Of a stretch of 64,000 bases of DNA, positions 25,463-39,369 are shown one piece after another (the stretch's first letter is position 1; each line of letters begins with the position of its first letter). The DNA is from Paragordius varius (taxonomy: Eukaryota; Animalia; Nematomorpha). The stretch is from NCBI GenBank assembly GCA_964247055.1, contig OZ176056.1, forward strand, positions 1,116,001 through 1,180,000. Reading direction: 5' to 3'. The notes beneath the pieces were generated by a model. That model was not told the origin of the DNA. It did no database searches and saw only the letters and a list, made by a program, of their open reading frames with translations. The translations under genes and the position numbers were made by a program.

Positions 25463-25777
25463 CTAATAACATTTTCAAATAAGATTTTCGAATTCTACCG
25501 CTATAATTTAACACTCCATTGCTCTTAAAGTAGTTTTATATCCTAGAGAGATTTAAAATTGTATTAAAAAATATTGATCACTTTTTGGGCGCTTTATACA
25601 AAAAAATAAAATTTATATAAATTTTTTTTAATCGTTCAAGCGACGGGCAAATAAATGTATCTGGTTAAAATATTCAAATAAACGTTAAAAAGCTTTCAGG
25701 CTACTTTTAACAGTAATAAATGTACTTTATCAGTTGTTCGTTTCAATCGTAGTGTTTTGGCGCTTTAGACTCTAGAG

Positions 25778-28262
25778 CAGTGGTACTCAAACCGCGGCCC
25801 GCGGGCCGTATGCGGCACTAACAGCGTTTTAAAATTGCCCTTTGACCATATTGATACTTAAATTATTTTTTTATTGATAATTTTTTTAACATACACTTAA
25901 CGAATTTTCGCTTATTTTAATATTAATTTATTTTCTTTAGATTTAATTTTGGTAATGTTATTTTATACCCAATTCGAAATGGAGAAAAATTTCTCTACAT
26001 TAAATGATTTCAAAATTTTGGCGCACGTTGTTTCTGTTTCTGTGTTCTATTTTCTTTTCGATTTTGAAATTTTTATTGCATTCTTTTTTTGTATTTAAGC
26101 ATCCAAACTTGCACATATACATATATATATATATAGATATATATATATAGATATATATATATATATATATATTTCATTACAATCCTTCATTTATAACTCA
26201 TTCCCATAAAATATTTTTAACATTAAATAATTAAATTTCGACCTGTTTTTATAGCGTAATTTAAATCATATTCCTTTTTTTTGGAAAAATTTACTTAATA
26301 TTTACATAAATTCAAATAATGACATCTAATGCTAAAAAACTTAAATTATCCGATGAAAATCGCTATTTTAAAAAAGAATGGCAAGAAAAATTCTTTGTTG
26401 TTTTGAATTATAATGTTGTTACCTGCCTTATATGTAAGGACAATTATAAAAAAATATTGAAAGACATTTTGTAATCCAAATTTCTCATAAAACAGAATGC
26501 GGAAAACGAAAAATACAAAAACATTAAAGAATTATACCAGAAAGAAAAATCTAGTCCATGGCTTTCAGCCAGGAAAAAGCTTTAACATTAGCTTCTAATG
26601 AAATTTGTTATTTTTTAGGAAAAAATATAAAACCATTCCCAACTAATAAAAGAATGTCTAATAAATGGTTGCACTTGTTTATTTGATAAATTCCATAAAA
26701 AAGATAAAATCATGAGTCAAATTAAAAAACTTATCTGATTCAATCGACGCATTGAAGATATGTCCAAATATATTTTTAACAAAACATTATTGGCTCTAAA
26801 AAACTGCGAATATTTTTTTGTTATTGACTAGCACTGATATAAGTTCAACACCTCAATGTGCGCTATTCATGCGATTTTGCAACAACAACATAATCAACGA
26901 GGAATATTTAAAATTTTTACCAATGAATAATACCACGAAAGGAAGTTTTCACGAAATAATTGGTACTTTTTTGATAATAATAATATATCTATGAAAAAAT
27001 TGGTTTCGATCTGCACAGATAGCTGTCCCTCAATGATAGTAATAAACACAGGATTATTTCTCTTTTGAAAAACTAATAATTTGCAAAATATTTTATCCTA
27101 TCACTGCTTTATTCATCAACAAAACTTGGTTTCGCGTGTAAAAGATGAATCACTCAATTTTGTAATTAAAACGGTTGTGCATATAGTTAACCACATCCGT
27201 GGCAGAGAATTCAACCGCTGTTTCATAAACTTTTTGAAAGGTATCCACAGTGAGTTTGATGATATTCTTTTGTACCGCTGTGAGATGGCTAAGCCTCAGC
27301 AAAGTATTAAAAAAATTTCCTGTTTTAAGACATGAAATTCTTATAATTTTAATGGATATCAGAAGGTTTGACGAGGAGATTAATAGTGACAAATGGTCGG
27401 GTTTAGACCTTTGCGATATACTTATAAACTTAGTATTTTTAATACAAGTTCAAGAAAGCTAAATAATAACCCAATTTGATAATCATATATTTGCATATTA
27501 AGAAAAACTAAAATATATATACAAGATTTTATCAATAAAACAATCCTATATTTTCCAACACTTAAAACGATAAAGAAAATATGGAATTTACCGCGGAGAT
27601 TAATTTAATAATACATTTAACATTTTTATCTAATGAAATGAAATTCAGCTCAAGAAATATTAAAAACTGCTTAAAAATCGTTGAAAATACATGGCATATG
27701 GATATATCCAATATTAAGCAACTTCAACATTTCGGTTTTGATCAGGCCCATTTCTCTGAAGAATTCATTGATTTTAAATGATTCTAATTTGGGGCTATAT
27801 TTAAGGATAATCGTAGGCAAGAAAGATATGTAGGTTTTGGCAAAAATAAATATGAAAATATAAAAAAATGTGCTCAAGTTATTCCAACTGTTTTTCCCTC
27901 AACTTACACGTGTGAGAGGGCATAATTAAAAATGAAGTATGTAAAGAATACATACAGAAATCGCTTAACCGATGATCATATGGACGACTTTGTAAAATTG
28001 GCCTGTCATGGGGCGAAAACAAATTTATCAAATTGGTTAATGTCCGAAACTGCTGTTATCAAAATATTTTTTTAAACTAAATGGAGCAAAACGAGTTTTT
28101 AGCTGGATTATGCGATCCGCAAAAAAATCATTGTGCTGATATAGAATATAAATATGTAAATATGTGTCAAATTACTATGAAATATTGCCATTATTAGGTC
28201 AATGGCCCTCGAAAAAAATATATTTTATTTGGCCCATCAAATTTTTTTGGTGAGTACCACTG
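25778..28262 (+). mobile_element. Full-length hAT DNA transposon (Buster/Charlie, GTF2IRD2/EPM2AIP1-type), 2485 bp
   Basis: Perfect 12-bp TIR CAGTGGTACTCA...TGAGTACCACTG; identical 8-bp TSD CTCTAGAG at 25770-25777 and 28263-28270; subterminal cggcccgcgggccg motif; internal (TA)n at ~26117-26170. Confidence 0.92.
26319..28050 (+). pseudogene. Disrupted hAT transposase
   Basis: Starts MTSNAKKLKLSDENRYFKKEWQEKFFVVLNYNVVTCLIC; mid-region YHCFIHQQNL...VVHIVNHIRGR; C-terminal dimerisation motif PSTYTCERA*LKMKYVKNTYRNRLTDDHM. Multiple stops and frameshifts. Confidence 0.85.
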
Positions 28263-28369
28263 CTCTAGAGTCACACTGTAAAAAAATAATCTTTTTTATG
28301 ATTATAATTACAGTGTTAGATAAAATTTAAATTGAATTAACTTTCAAACAGTAGTGTATTGAAAATTAA

Positions 28370-28807
28370 CACTTCGATTCAAATTGGGGTATGTAAATAC
28401 CCGAGACTAAATTTGAGTTAGAAAACGGTCCCAATATAAATTTATGTTTCTATCATAATAAAAATTATATAATATGCCAAATGTTTTGAAACAAAAGTTC
28501 ATGTCAAACTTCTTCGACGCCATTTTTAGTTAATAATTTTTGCAAAAAAGCTTTTTGTATATTATTAGTTTTCATTACTATTGCACACATGTCTCGTTGA
28601 CTAAATTTTTACCTTTCGGTAGCTTAAAATAAATAATATGAGGTATTTTTAAAATTTTTTTTAGGAATTTCGGTATATTAATGTTAAATAAGTGTTCATG
28701 GTTTCGATTCCAACCATGTTTTTTAAAGAATTTAATTTTTAGGCCTGGGCCATTCAACTACCCTAATTTAAATCGAAGCACTAAAATGAATGTGTTGTAT
28801 CCAAGTG
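28370..28807 (-). mobile_element. MITE family C (piggyBac-like), intact reference copy
   Basis: TTAA-CACTTCGAT ... ATCCAAGTG-TTAA; TSD at 28366-28369 and 28808-28811. Confidence 0.85.
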
Positions 28808-29361
28808 TTAAGCTCCGGGATATAAAACTATCCAAATTCAACGACAAAAAAGTAAAGTAGTAATGAAGGGTTAAACTTGAGAGTAAAAATTTAATTGCAT
28901 TAAATATATTTAAATGGTTTTAAAACACTCCTTATTTTCACCATTCATAAAAAGGACTCATTTCATCATTTACTCCAATTTATAGCTCAAAGAAGGAGCC
29001 CTAATTTATTGCAAAACATGATTAATATGCTATAAATCAGAATAAACTGATTTGAAATTTAACCTCCTATTATAATTGGTAAATATATTGTTAATCTGTA
29101 ATCTTTTTATCAGCAGTATGTTAAAATTAACGAGTAGTGTTTTATAAACTAACGTACTTTACGCCTCGTAAAAAAATATTTGAATGCATAAAAATTATTT
29201 ATAATACACGTATAATTGCAACGTTACACAAGCATTTGATTTTGGTATATATTTCTAAGATTTAAAAAACAATTATAAAAATCGGTGTATTTATACATTC
29301 ACTCATGTTTGATATGGCTTTCCTTCATATACCTTTGGATCAGTGAGAAAACAATTCGGAT

Positions 29362-32300
29362 ATGACAACATTGGAATCAACATCGGCATATGGGGTTGGT
29401 GTAGCCAATCGATTTATGTTGCTCGAAGACGAGAGTCAAGATTCGGAATCAGAAGTTGAAATGGTCGAAGAAACTTACAAAAGCAATAAAAAAGTTCACG
29501 AAAAAGGCAAGCAAGATAAAAAGGATATCAAAAGTATATAACCATATTTTATTTTTTTTATGTTTTTCTTATTATGTATTCACTTATTTTTAGACGAGAC
29601 TCACGATAATCATGAAAAGCACCAGAAGGTCGCATTTGCGGATAATTTACCAAAACAAACAGACAAGCCCAAACGAGAATTCGATCGTCATAGCGGGAGC
29701 GATAAAACGTTAGTTTATTTTTAGTTTTAATATTTTTTTATAAGCTTTTTAAGATTTTTCGTTTACCATAATTTTTGTTTAGAACTCTATAAGGAAACAA
29801 TTATCTATTAAATTTTTGTAACATTATATGCCTAAAACTTTAAAATTAATTTGTTTAGTTTTTTTGTTCCTAACAATGTCCTGCCATTCTTTTTTAACCT
29901 GTAATAGACAAGCTTTTAACAAAACCTGAATATAATATATATGGTATATATTATTTAGGCGATAGCTTAAATTGGAATTATTAATTTTATTTATAAAAAA
30001 TTATATTTTGTAAAATTTTGTTAATAGCGGTGTGAAACCAGTAGATAAAAAACAAGGATCAGGCGGACACAATTGGGGAAACGCTCAAGATTCATGGAAG
30101 TTTGATTTTAGAATTTATTTTCAAAAAATGATTTTTAGGGGGGAGGGTTGTTTTTATGAATGATTTCAACTATTAAATTTCTTTTGATATTGAGCTAAAT
30201 TTTATTATTAATTTCTATGGATCTTTATTCCTTAATGTTTTTTTCCAAATATTTTTTATATTTTTATGGCCATTTTTCTGTATTTCAAATTAAAAAAAAT
30301 TGCTAATATTTAAAATGGAATCATATAAAATAAATTCCTTTAAATCATAATTTATTTTATTTAAAAAATGCGGTATATTTAAAAAACATATATCATCAAA
30401 AATTATGTGAAATATAAACCCAAAAATGGTTTAATCTAAACTCACCCTGTAATAAAAATTGCTTTTAACATGTTTGAATTATGTTATATTGTATTTAAAA
30501 AGGGTTGACATGATAAAATTATATCTACTTGTTACGTATTATCAATTATTTTTTATACAACAAACATTTTTAATTTAGGCAAGAAGTGGACGATAGCAAT
30601 GCTACATTGTGGAAAAAGTATTTTTATAAACATTTTTTAAATTTTTGCTCTAAATCGCCAACTGTTTTGAACAAAAGTTTTTTTTATCCCTTTTTTAATA
30701 TTTTTGTATCGATTGATTGGTTTTATTTTTAAAGCTGTTTTATAATCCATAAATTTTAAATAAATAAAAGTTTTATTTTAATAATTATTAATCAAAACAA
30801 TATCAATTTGTGGAGATTCACTTGATTTATAAAAATATTTTATTGTCTTACATAATGTTGTACACTCTTATATACTCTTTTGCCTAACTGTTATTTACAA
30901 ATTTTTCTCATAATCATTAATTTTTTTAAATGAGTTAATTTGGTTTTATAAAATTATTATTTATTATTATTTATCATTTTGAAAGTTTTATTTATTAATA
31001 TTTCTCATTTTGAAAAATGTTATGAATTTCTAGAGAAGATGATTTGATATCTCCTTTGCCAAGCGACGTTCAGGAACCGATGGAAAGAACAGCTCAATAC
31101 ATTAACGAGTCCCTGGATAGTCGGGATGCTGATAAATTAGACAGTCCTGATGAATGTTAAATTATTTCTTGAGATTAATTTTTATAATTTTTTTTGTTAA
31201 AATATATATATTTTATATCTTTACAGAAGTTGATTTGTTACAAAGAAATTAATATTAGGAGTGAAAAAAAATGAATATTAATGGAAAGAAAAAAATTGAG
31301 TATGTATTACCATACATACTTTCATTACAAAATATTCTTTCCTTTCATTAGTAAATAGTAGTAAAAAATAATTATTTTTTAATGGGCATGGTAATGCTTA
31401 CTCGTGCACCATGGCCCTTTTTTTCTTTTTTATTTCACTAATATTCATTTTTTTACCCCTACGAATTTCTTTACTTTATAAATATTCTTTTATTTAATCC
31501 ACTGACTGTAGTTTTAGGTAGTTTGCATAATTTTTTTTTTCAATATCCTTAATTTAGCTGGTGTTACACCAGTAATACCCGAAATCGAAACTATGACTTT
31601 GGATGAATATAGAGCGCTTGAACAAGCTCGTATTAGTAAACCAGAATACAGAATTCGTCAACCCGGGGAAGGCGAGGACAAGGCTAAATGGAAAGGCACC
31701 TATGTCCTTAAAAAGGCTGATATTTCGCCTCTTAAACACAATGATAACATTAATAACGCTACGGTAAACCAGAATCTATATGATAATAGTTTTATATATA
31801 ATGTATTAATTTAGGAGGTTGTTTTTATTTGACAAGATTTATTACATATCTAATTAATTTTACTATATAATGAGTTTGTTTGGCAGGAATATGTTTATAT
31901 TTAAGATAAATCATCTATGAGTTTGATTGATAGGAAATAGTTTATTAAATGATTGAAGTAAGCTTTCATTTTGTATATTAAAAACACTTTAATGGTTTTT
32001 TCGTAGCATATTTATGGTTTATATCATATTGCTATATTTTTGTATGCAAGTCATTTTCATTTACTATTAAATGCCATTTTTCGTGTAAATTGATGGTAAA
32101 AGACAAATATTTTGTTTTATCTATATTTCTCATATTAAGCACTCGGTTAATTTTGCCATATTTTTAAATGGAACATCATTTTTCCTAATTAAATTAATTA
32201 ATTGTTTTTTTGTGAAAATTAATATTTTAGAATGGGACAAGTACAATTACTGCTTCTCATCACAAAGGCAAAAAGGAAATTGATATTCTTGCTACGAATA

Positions 32301-34099
32301 TAAAATTGGCTCGCCCTACTGGTCCAGGAAATAGACGAGGGGGTTTCAATAGAGGTGCTTCAAATAATAGAAACAATTTTGGTTCAAATACAGGTGGTGG
32401 GGGGACTCATTTCCAGAAATCATCGAATTTTACAGTAAAAATTGAAATTTTTACATTTTTTTATTATATAGACGCCCATATTTATAAACCTAGATTTTAA
32501 TTGCATAGTATTAAGAAAATACGGAATATAGATAGTAACAAAACTCAATTATCCTTGATAGTATATGATTTATGGTAGAAAAATAAAGTTATAAAAGTTT
32601 GGTTATTTTTGTATCAAAAAATTGTTTTTTACGTTTTGTCTGTATATCTCAATTTTTACTATCATACTTTTCAGAATCAGTCTCAAAATCCCATGAGCAA
32701 TAAACCATCATTTATGGGCATTGCTGGACAACAAAATGGTCAGTCTGGAACATTCAATGTTGCCAACAATAAAGAAGTTAGCGATTGGATGTCTCATCAA
32801 CCAACATCAATTCCCCCCCACGAGTTGAATGAGAATAGTTTCAGTAATAATAACCCTGCTGGTAATTTTGAGAATACTACTTCAACGGGCATGTTTAATG
32901 GACAAAATAACAACAACAGTTCAACTCCAATGTTTAATGTCCCCCATCGAAATGGGGGAAATGATTTACCCGATTTTACAAGCACTACTACAACTCTGAA
33001 TGATAATAATGGACCGTCATCATCATTTAACAGCCATAATAACCATAGAGGCAGAGGTGGCAGCTTTTTCCGTGGATCGAATCGTGGAAATGCTAATTTT
33101 GGCCGAGGTCGCGGTGCCGGGCGAGGGATGCGAGGCGGTGGTCGGGGTTTTAACCGCGGCCCTAACAACTCTAATACCGCCCCAGGGTTCGGCGGTGGAC
33201 ATTTCAAAGGCACTCATGAAGGTTAGTTTAGTTTTTTGTGTGCTTTACTTTGACTTATGCTACTCAAGGCGGCAATTGATTGATAACTTGTTCATATATA
33301 TATATATACCATTTCAAATTCAAATTCACCCTCGAACAATTCAAATTCACCCTAAAAATAAATTGTGTTTTCGGGCTAATATAACTCATCATTAAGATAA
33401 CATATATTCTTATGGCATAGTTTATTATTTTTTCAGTATTATATATATTATACAGGTAATTTTATTTTTTTAAATATAAAAAATATAGGTATTTTTAATC
33501 TTAAAAAACACGTAATTTCTTTAACGGTGATTTTGAATTGTTCGAGGGTGAATTTGAATTGTAAATGGTATATAAAAAAACCGTTTTTATATATTAGGAA
33601 ACATTGAATGTTTTATTTGTTCCTATTACCTCTTTTAGCACATTAACTATGATGGCTTTTGCTCCAAGCAATTTAAATAAATAATTTTTGTATGATAAAT
33701 TAAATATTGAATAATTATATAGACAAAGAGGGAAATCTAATTTTTATGATTTTTTAAATATGGTCTAGTTTATAGAGTTGCTTCATTAATTTATTTACAT
33801 CAAAAACCATCGTCGTGTAAGAAAGCATGGTTGTCATTTTGAAAAAAAAGTGTGTTTTTTTACGTTTTTTCCGTTAAATTTCAATTTTTTCTTTCCAACT
33901 GAGACGTTTTTCCCATTCAAAGCGGTTAAATATAAATTGGTTATGCTAATATTTTAGTTTCGTAAACCTTTATAACTATTAATCACACCATTTTCGCCAT
34001 CAAGTTTAATAATTTTTTTGTTATACTCATTTAGCTACAACTCTTTTCAATCCTGAGGCTGATTTTCCATCCTTAAATACTGTCACCACAGGACGCTAA
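29362..34099 (+). CDS. SERBP1: SERBP1/HABP4/VIG-family RGG mRNA- and ribosome-binding protein, 9 exons
   Basis: Exons 29362-29533, 29594-29708, 30028-30099, ~30579-30617, ~31034-31156, 31558-31763, 32231-32434, 32675-33221 and 34035-34099. Motifs: YGVGVANRFMLL, KREFDRHSGSDKTGVK, GSGGHNWG, MTLDEY, RGG boxes and terminal PEADFPSL. Confidence 0.92.
32433..32661. mobile_element. MITE family B forming nearly all of SERBP1 intron 7
   Basis: TA-CAGTAAAAATTGAAATT at the exon edge; B-type right half ending ACGTTTTGTCTGTATATCTCAATTTTTACTA. Confidence 0.7.
33309..33568 (-). mobile_element. MITE family A, intact (SERBP1 last intron)
   Basis: (TA)n-CCATTTCAAATTCAAATTCACCC ... GTAAATGG-TATA. Confidence 0.88.
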
Positions 34100-37000
34100 A
34101 TGATGAAATCTTGGATAATTTGTCAATCTAAACATTGTTTTTCGATTTTACTTATTTCGATTCGTAAAATCTATATTATATTTTGAGTTATTTTCAAATG
34201 CATTATTTTATTTTGTGTTTTATGCTTTTTAATTATATATGATGTGTGACAATTAAATACACTTACTCTCATAATATTATATTACCATTTGGCTATACAA
34301 AATGAAACTATATAGTATTGTTTTATTGAAAATTTTACATATACCTTTGACTATTTTTTGCTTATATATCTTGAGCATTTCTTGAGATATTTTTTTTGCT
34401 TTTGGTTTTACTACTTCAAACAAATTTTATATGTAGGACTTTTTTATTTTTCAACTTTAAATTTTCATTTATCTTGGATTCAAAACCTGTAAAACACAAA
34501 AGTCATTTTGTATATATTTCTTTAATTTCACTATATATATATATATATATATATCATGTGTTTTATTCAAAAATGATAAATATATGTATATAACACAATA
34601 TATCAATAATTATTTTTAACTACATATATAATAATGTTTAAAAATATTTTCAATTTGGCGTTTACTGTTTTTTTTTGTTCAATATTTTACCAAATAAATT
34701 TTTTGTTTGGGCGAACCATTGCACCCCGCACACCCTAACATTAAAATATCATTTATGTATTCCACATATTTTTGAACCTATACGTATATATATATTAGCG
34801 TGTGTATAATTTTCAAATTTATATTGCAAATATCAAATAGTACTAGTATACAACAACTATACACATATAATGATCTTTGAATAAATTTACACATAATAAA
34901 ATAGATGAAAAAAATTGACAAAAATTTGGATATTAAGAGATTTATTTGGCAGATAAGACTCCACAAAACGGTGAAACGGTTTTTAAACGTTTTTCATTTT
35001 ATACGCTCGGTTTTGTGGTGCTTCTTTAATTACAGTTTCATTATAATTTTTGACATAAAAAATTAAACCATGACATTACCAAATTTCTAGACAGAATTTA
35101 TGGAATGAGATGCTTAGTGGAAACCTTTAAACGTGAAGATAAAATGCATTTAAGTATCATTATTATTTTTGAGATGTGAAACATGAAAGGAATAAACCAT
35201 AGTATTTACACGGCTGAATTACAATAAAAGGCTTCAATCAATTTTTGGACCCGCCGAAATTGGGAAAGTATTCTTAAACTGAACGCACAAATGCCAATAT
35301 GCGATAAAATATTAGATTTAAGTTAAATTTTGACATCAAGCTTGAAATGGATATTTTTCTTTAAACTTTGATCATGTCACATTTTTAATGAAGCGAGTTT
35401 TAACGTATTATCATGACGCACACGGTATAAAAACACTAGAAAATATTATAAATACACTTCTCTATACTCGATAATAATGATCTATTCAGATTTTTATTTA
35501 AAAATTTGTTATAATTAAAATATAAGATGTTTAACTATCTTTTTACCGTTTCCCTCATGTTTCAGGCTACTACGTTTTAAAAAAATTTTGCTAAAAAATT
35601 TAACATATGCTTTTTTATGCCATTCTCTCGCATATATAATCATCGCGAAATCTCGTCATTTTCACTATTTAGAGAATTAACGCATGTTAAAAATTTCATT
35701 TATTTATCTTCTATTTTTTTGGAATTTGTATTCGCTTATAAAACAGGCAAATCGTTTGGTTTAAAATATATATTATGACTTTAGAGGGCTTTTATACAAA
35801 CACCAAATTATTGATATTATTCATTTTTAATCAGTCGTTAGATTCAGTGGGATTATGATGCAATCCCAGTTTTGATCTCCAGAAGCTAGACTGTAAAAAA
35901 TATAACCTTTTTTATGAAATACCGGCAATGTTTCTCAATTCATTTACCAAAATATCTTTTAAGAACGTACTTAATTTACCCATGGGTAAAAAACGAAAAG
36001 CAATCTTCTACAAAAAATAAAAAGTAATAAAGTGTAAATAATACTCATGTCTATAAACAAACTATTTGATTAAGAACTTATGGTCAGCTGTATTATTTTC
36101 TTGGCAAACTTTAGTTTTGATTTAAAATGCTCCTTTCTTTATAGCACTTTGCGCCGCGAAAATGTGGTAAGGCCGTAATAATTATTACCGTTTTTATCAT
36201 GCTTCAAAATACCAAATGCAAAAAATTAAATTTTTAATCAATTTAAAAATATTGGTGTCACTATCATAAATTTAATATTGTTGCGCATCTCGGCATTTTC
36301 GTTTAATTATCCTAGCCCATCTAAAAATTGGAAAATAATGCATTGCTTTTAAATAATTAAATTTATAATAAAACAAATTGGAATAAATTGAGCTATCTTA
36401 AATAAATTTAATTTAGAGTAATGTGCACAAATGTTTGGATTTTTTGATATGGATTAGCACATAAATTTATTTCTTTCTTAAATGATTCGTAGAACTTAAA
36501 ACCAAAACCGTCTGGATCCTTACACATTGTCTATCAAATAATATTTAATTAAGGATATCTTTTTTATATTGTGTTAGAAAAAGGGCTTGCCTAAAATTTT
36601 ACCTCTTAAAAGGTTGTCTAATCAGATTAAATTTAAGTAGTCTCAGAGCTTTTTAATAAAATAGTTTAAAGCCACTTTATTTTTACATTTTAACGTAATA
36701 TGGACTGAACCCTACCCGGGAGTTAATTGTAAAAGGTGGGTAGTGGCAGTTACAAATGATTGAGCCTATCCAGGGGTTGGAAAAACGAGCTAAAATTGTT
36801 TTTATACGGGAAACACTATAAACACAGTTGAATCCATATGCTATATTTTTTTAAAATTAGACCCAAAGCCACTTTAGGTTGAGACACCCAGCGATAAAAA
36901 AGCGTTAAATTATAATTAAACTACAAAAAATTCCAAAATCTTAAAAATTTTCAAACAAATAAGGCCATGGTATTTTTCTGGCATTTTTAACAAGTGTAGG

Positions 37001-39105
37001 GCTACACTAATGTGACCAGATATTTTAAACTTTGAGGCAGCACAAAATCAAAACATACTTTGTCTGTTTTTACACCATCGGTGTGGTATATGAAACAAAT
37101 AAAATATCCTGATGAAATATATATGTTCTGAAGGAAAATATCAGGATTATCATAGTGCTTTTGGTTTTAACCTTTACGAGTTATTAAAGAAAGTTATTTA
37201 CATTTTTGTGGAGTTCTTCGAATAGAATTGCAAGAGATGCGCAATTATTAAAAATTTTTGATGAAAGCTCAATGCTTTGTTTTAAAAAATATCACTTAAA
37301 TATAACATAAACTGAATATAAAAAGCAAAACAATATTTTAAAAAATTTAAATTTTAATAGATGTGGTCTGAAAGTCCCAAATTTTTTGGCTCTTATGCAC
37401 TGTTCTCTTAAAATAACGCAAAAAATTCGACATTGTGCAATAATTTTAAATATATCTAAATTTTGATATCGACTAAATATATTTTAAAAAATGCATACTT
37501 TCAAAATTTAATTTTTAGCAAAATTTTGTTGATGGGTACTTGATACTATTTTGAGCATGATGGAAAAGATATAAACGGTTGAGATGTTATACCATTTATA
37601 TATATAACTCCATAATGCTAAACATTTTTTTGACTCAGAATATATTTAAATATTCGTTCGTTTTCAAATTTATGTTATAAAAAAATTTTGTTTTTTTTAC
37701 AAAAACTCACCAAAGTTTGCAAGCAAACAAACCTTTAAATTAAAATTCTCAACGCATAGTAATGTTCAACATCTAATTATTTAGAAAAGGGGTTTTATTA
37801 TATAAAGCGTTATACCGCCTCCATCATGCTTCAAAATAGGTTGAAGTACGCTTAAACAAAATATCTCAAATTTGGTTATGCAAAAAATAAGAAAACTGAT
37901 AAAAATTAAAGTTTATGAAAAAATTAAAAAATATCATACTTCCCACCTAATGAGTATATAAAAAGTCTTAATTTTTGAATACGAAAAAAAGGTTATTTCG
38001 AAATCATATGCCATAAATAATAAATTTTATATAATATGTTACGGGAATAACAATTTTCTATATAATTTTCCGTTTGATGATTATAACAAAATATGAACTT
38101 TTTAAACCTGATCAAACATTTATTAAAATATCATAATCAATTTTGTTAATTTTTCTTACGGTGTGGAGTCCAAGTTGCCACTGCGCGAAAGGCTACACTG
38201 TATATAATTCGAGCAGAAAATAAAAATCACCAATTAAAAATAGGCCAATCTTAGTATTTTACCGCAAAATGAACCATTTCTTTATAAATAAGGGACTTAT
38301 TTTTTACAGAGGGGATTATATCGAATGCTAAAATAGTTTTTAAATAAAAGGTAATTAATATATATTCATAAATTATTATTTTTTTTTAATTTCAAAAAGC
38401 AGTACAAAAGTGGGCGCAGTACAGGCGCAGTTGTTTTCTGAAAATCCGGTACTGTACTGCGAAAAACAGCCTATCTGCTCACATTAGGCTACACCCAGTG
38501 GCTAATTTTAAAACTGCACTATTGTCTTTATGCGAGAAATTCGTAAAACCATCATTAATTTTATATAGTTTTATAACTTAAACAAAATATTCCTTCAAAG
38601 CCAAGTTACTATTACATGCTGGCGTATTGTAACAGAGGGTACATCCCTATCAGCGGCTTTTTAAAAGGCGCTTTAGTTTTGCTTCACTTAGCTAAAACCT
38701 TTTATCGTGGTTTAATGGGTATGCCAAAAATTTGTTTCAAAGCCACATTATTTTTATGGAGGCGCACTTTACAGGGGGTGGATAACCAGAGACTCTCAAG
38801 ACGCGTTAACTAAAATTTTAGCACTATATTGAAAAAAGTTACATCATGATTGATATTATAATATCTCATAACTTGAAAAAAATTTTATGGTGAACATTTC
38901 TTACTTAAATACGAAGAATACCTATAGCCGCGTTGTCACATGGGGCCAATTTTGCCCTAGAGCCACGTTATTTTTATATGACGGAGCAAAAGGTGGGACC
39001 CTACCTAACGGCTATTTTAAAAAGCGCAGGTCTGATTTTACCTTCTAAGAAAAACCTCAAATCATAATACATCTGATCTTCCAGGCTTTTCGGATATTTT
39101 TTGAC

Positions 39106-39369
39106 TGTTAGATTGGATAAGAGATAGTGTATGAAAACGATAATGCATTAATTAGAAAAATAGAGCTATATATATTTACTTTGCTATGAAAGTAATTCAC
39201 ATGATATCAACCAACACAAATATAAATTAGAGATAATCCTATATGCATTATACTTACAAAAATATACGTATAAACGATTAGATTAAGTATATAGACTATT
39301 ATCATCATTACAATTTGTCACATACATACAAAATTATAAATATAACTAATTTGAAAAGGTATCACTACA
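39106..39369. repeat. LTR-like TG...CA repeat, left of the gypsy region
   Basis: Runs tgttagattgg...ggtatcactaca and is homologous in inverted orientation to 42716-42966. Confidence 0.55.

Noticed and set aside
32797-33395. Track ORFs 32797..33213(-), 33000..33395(+) and 33023..33217(-)
   Set aside because: Antisense or alternative-frame shadows of the GC-richer SERBP1 RGG exon.
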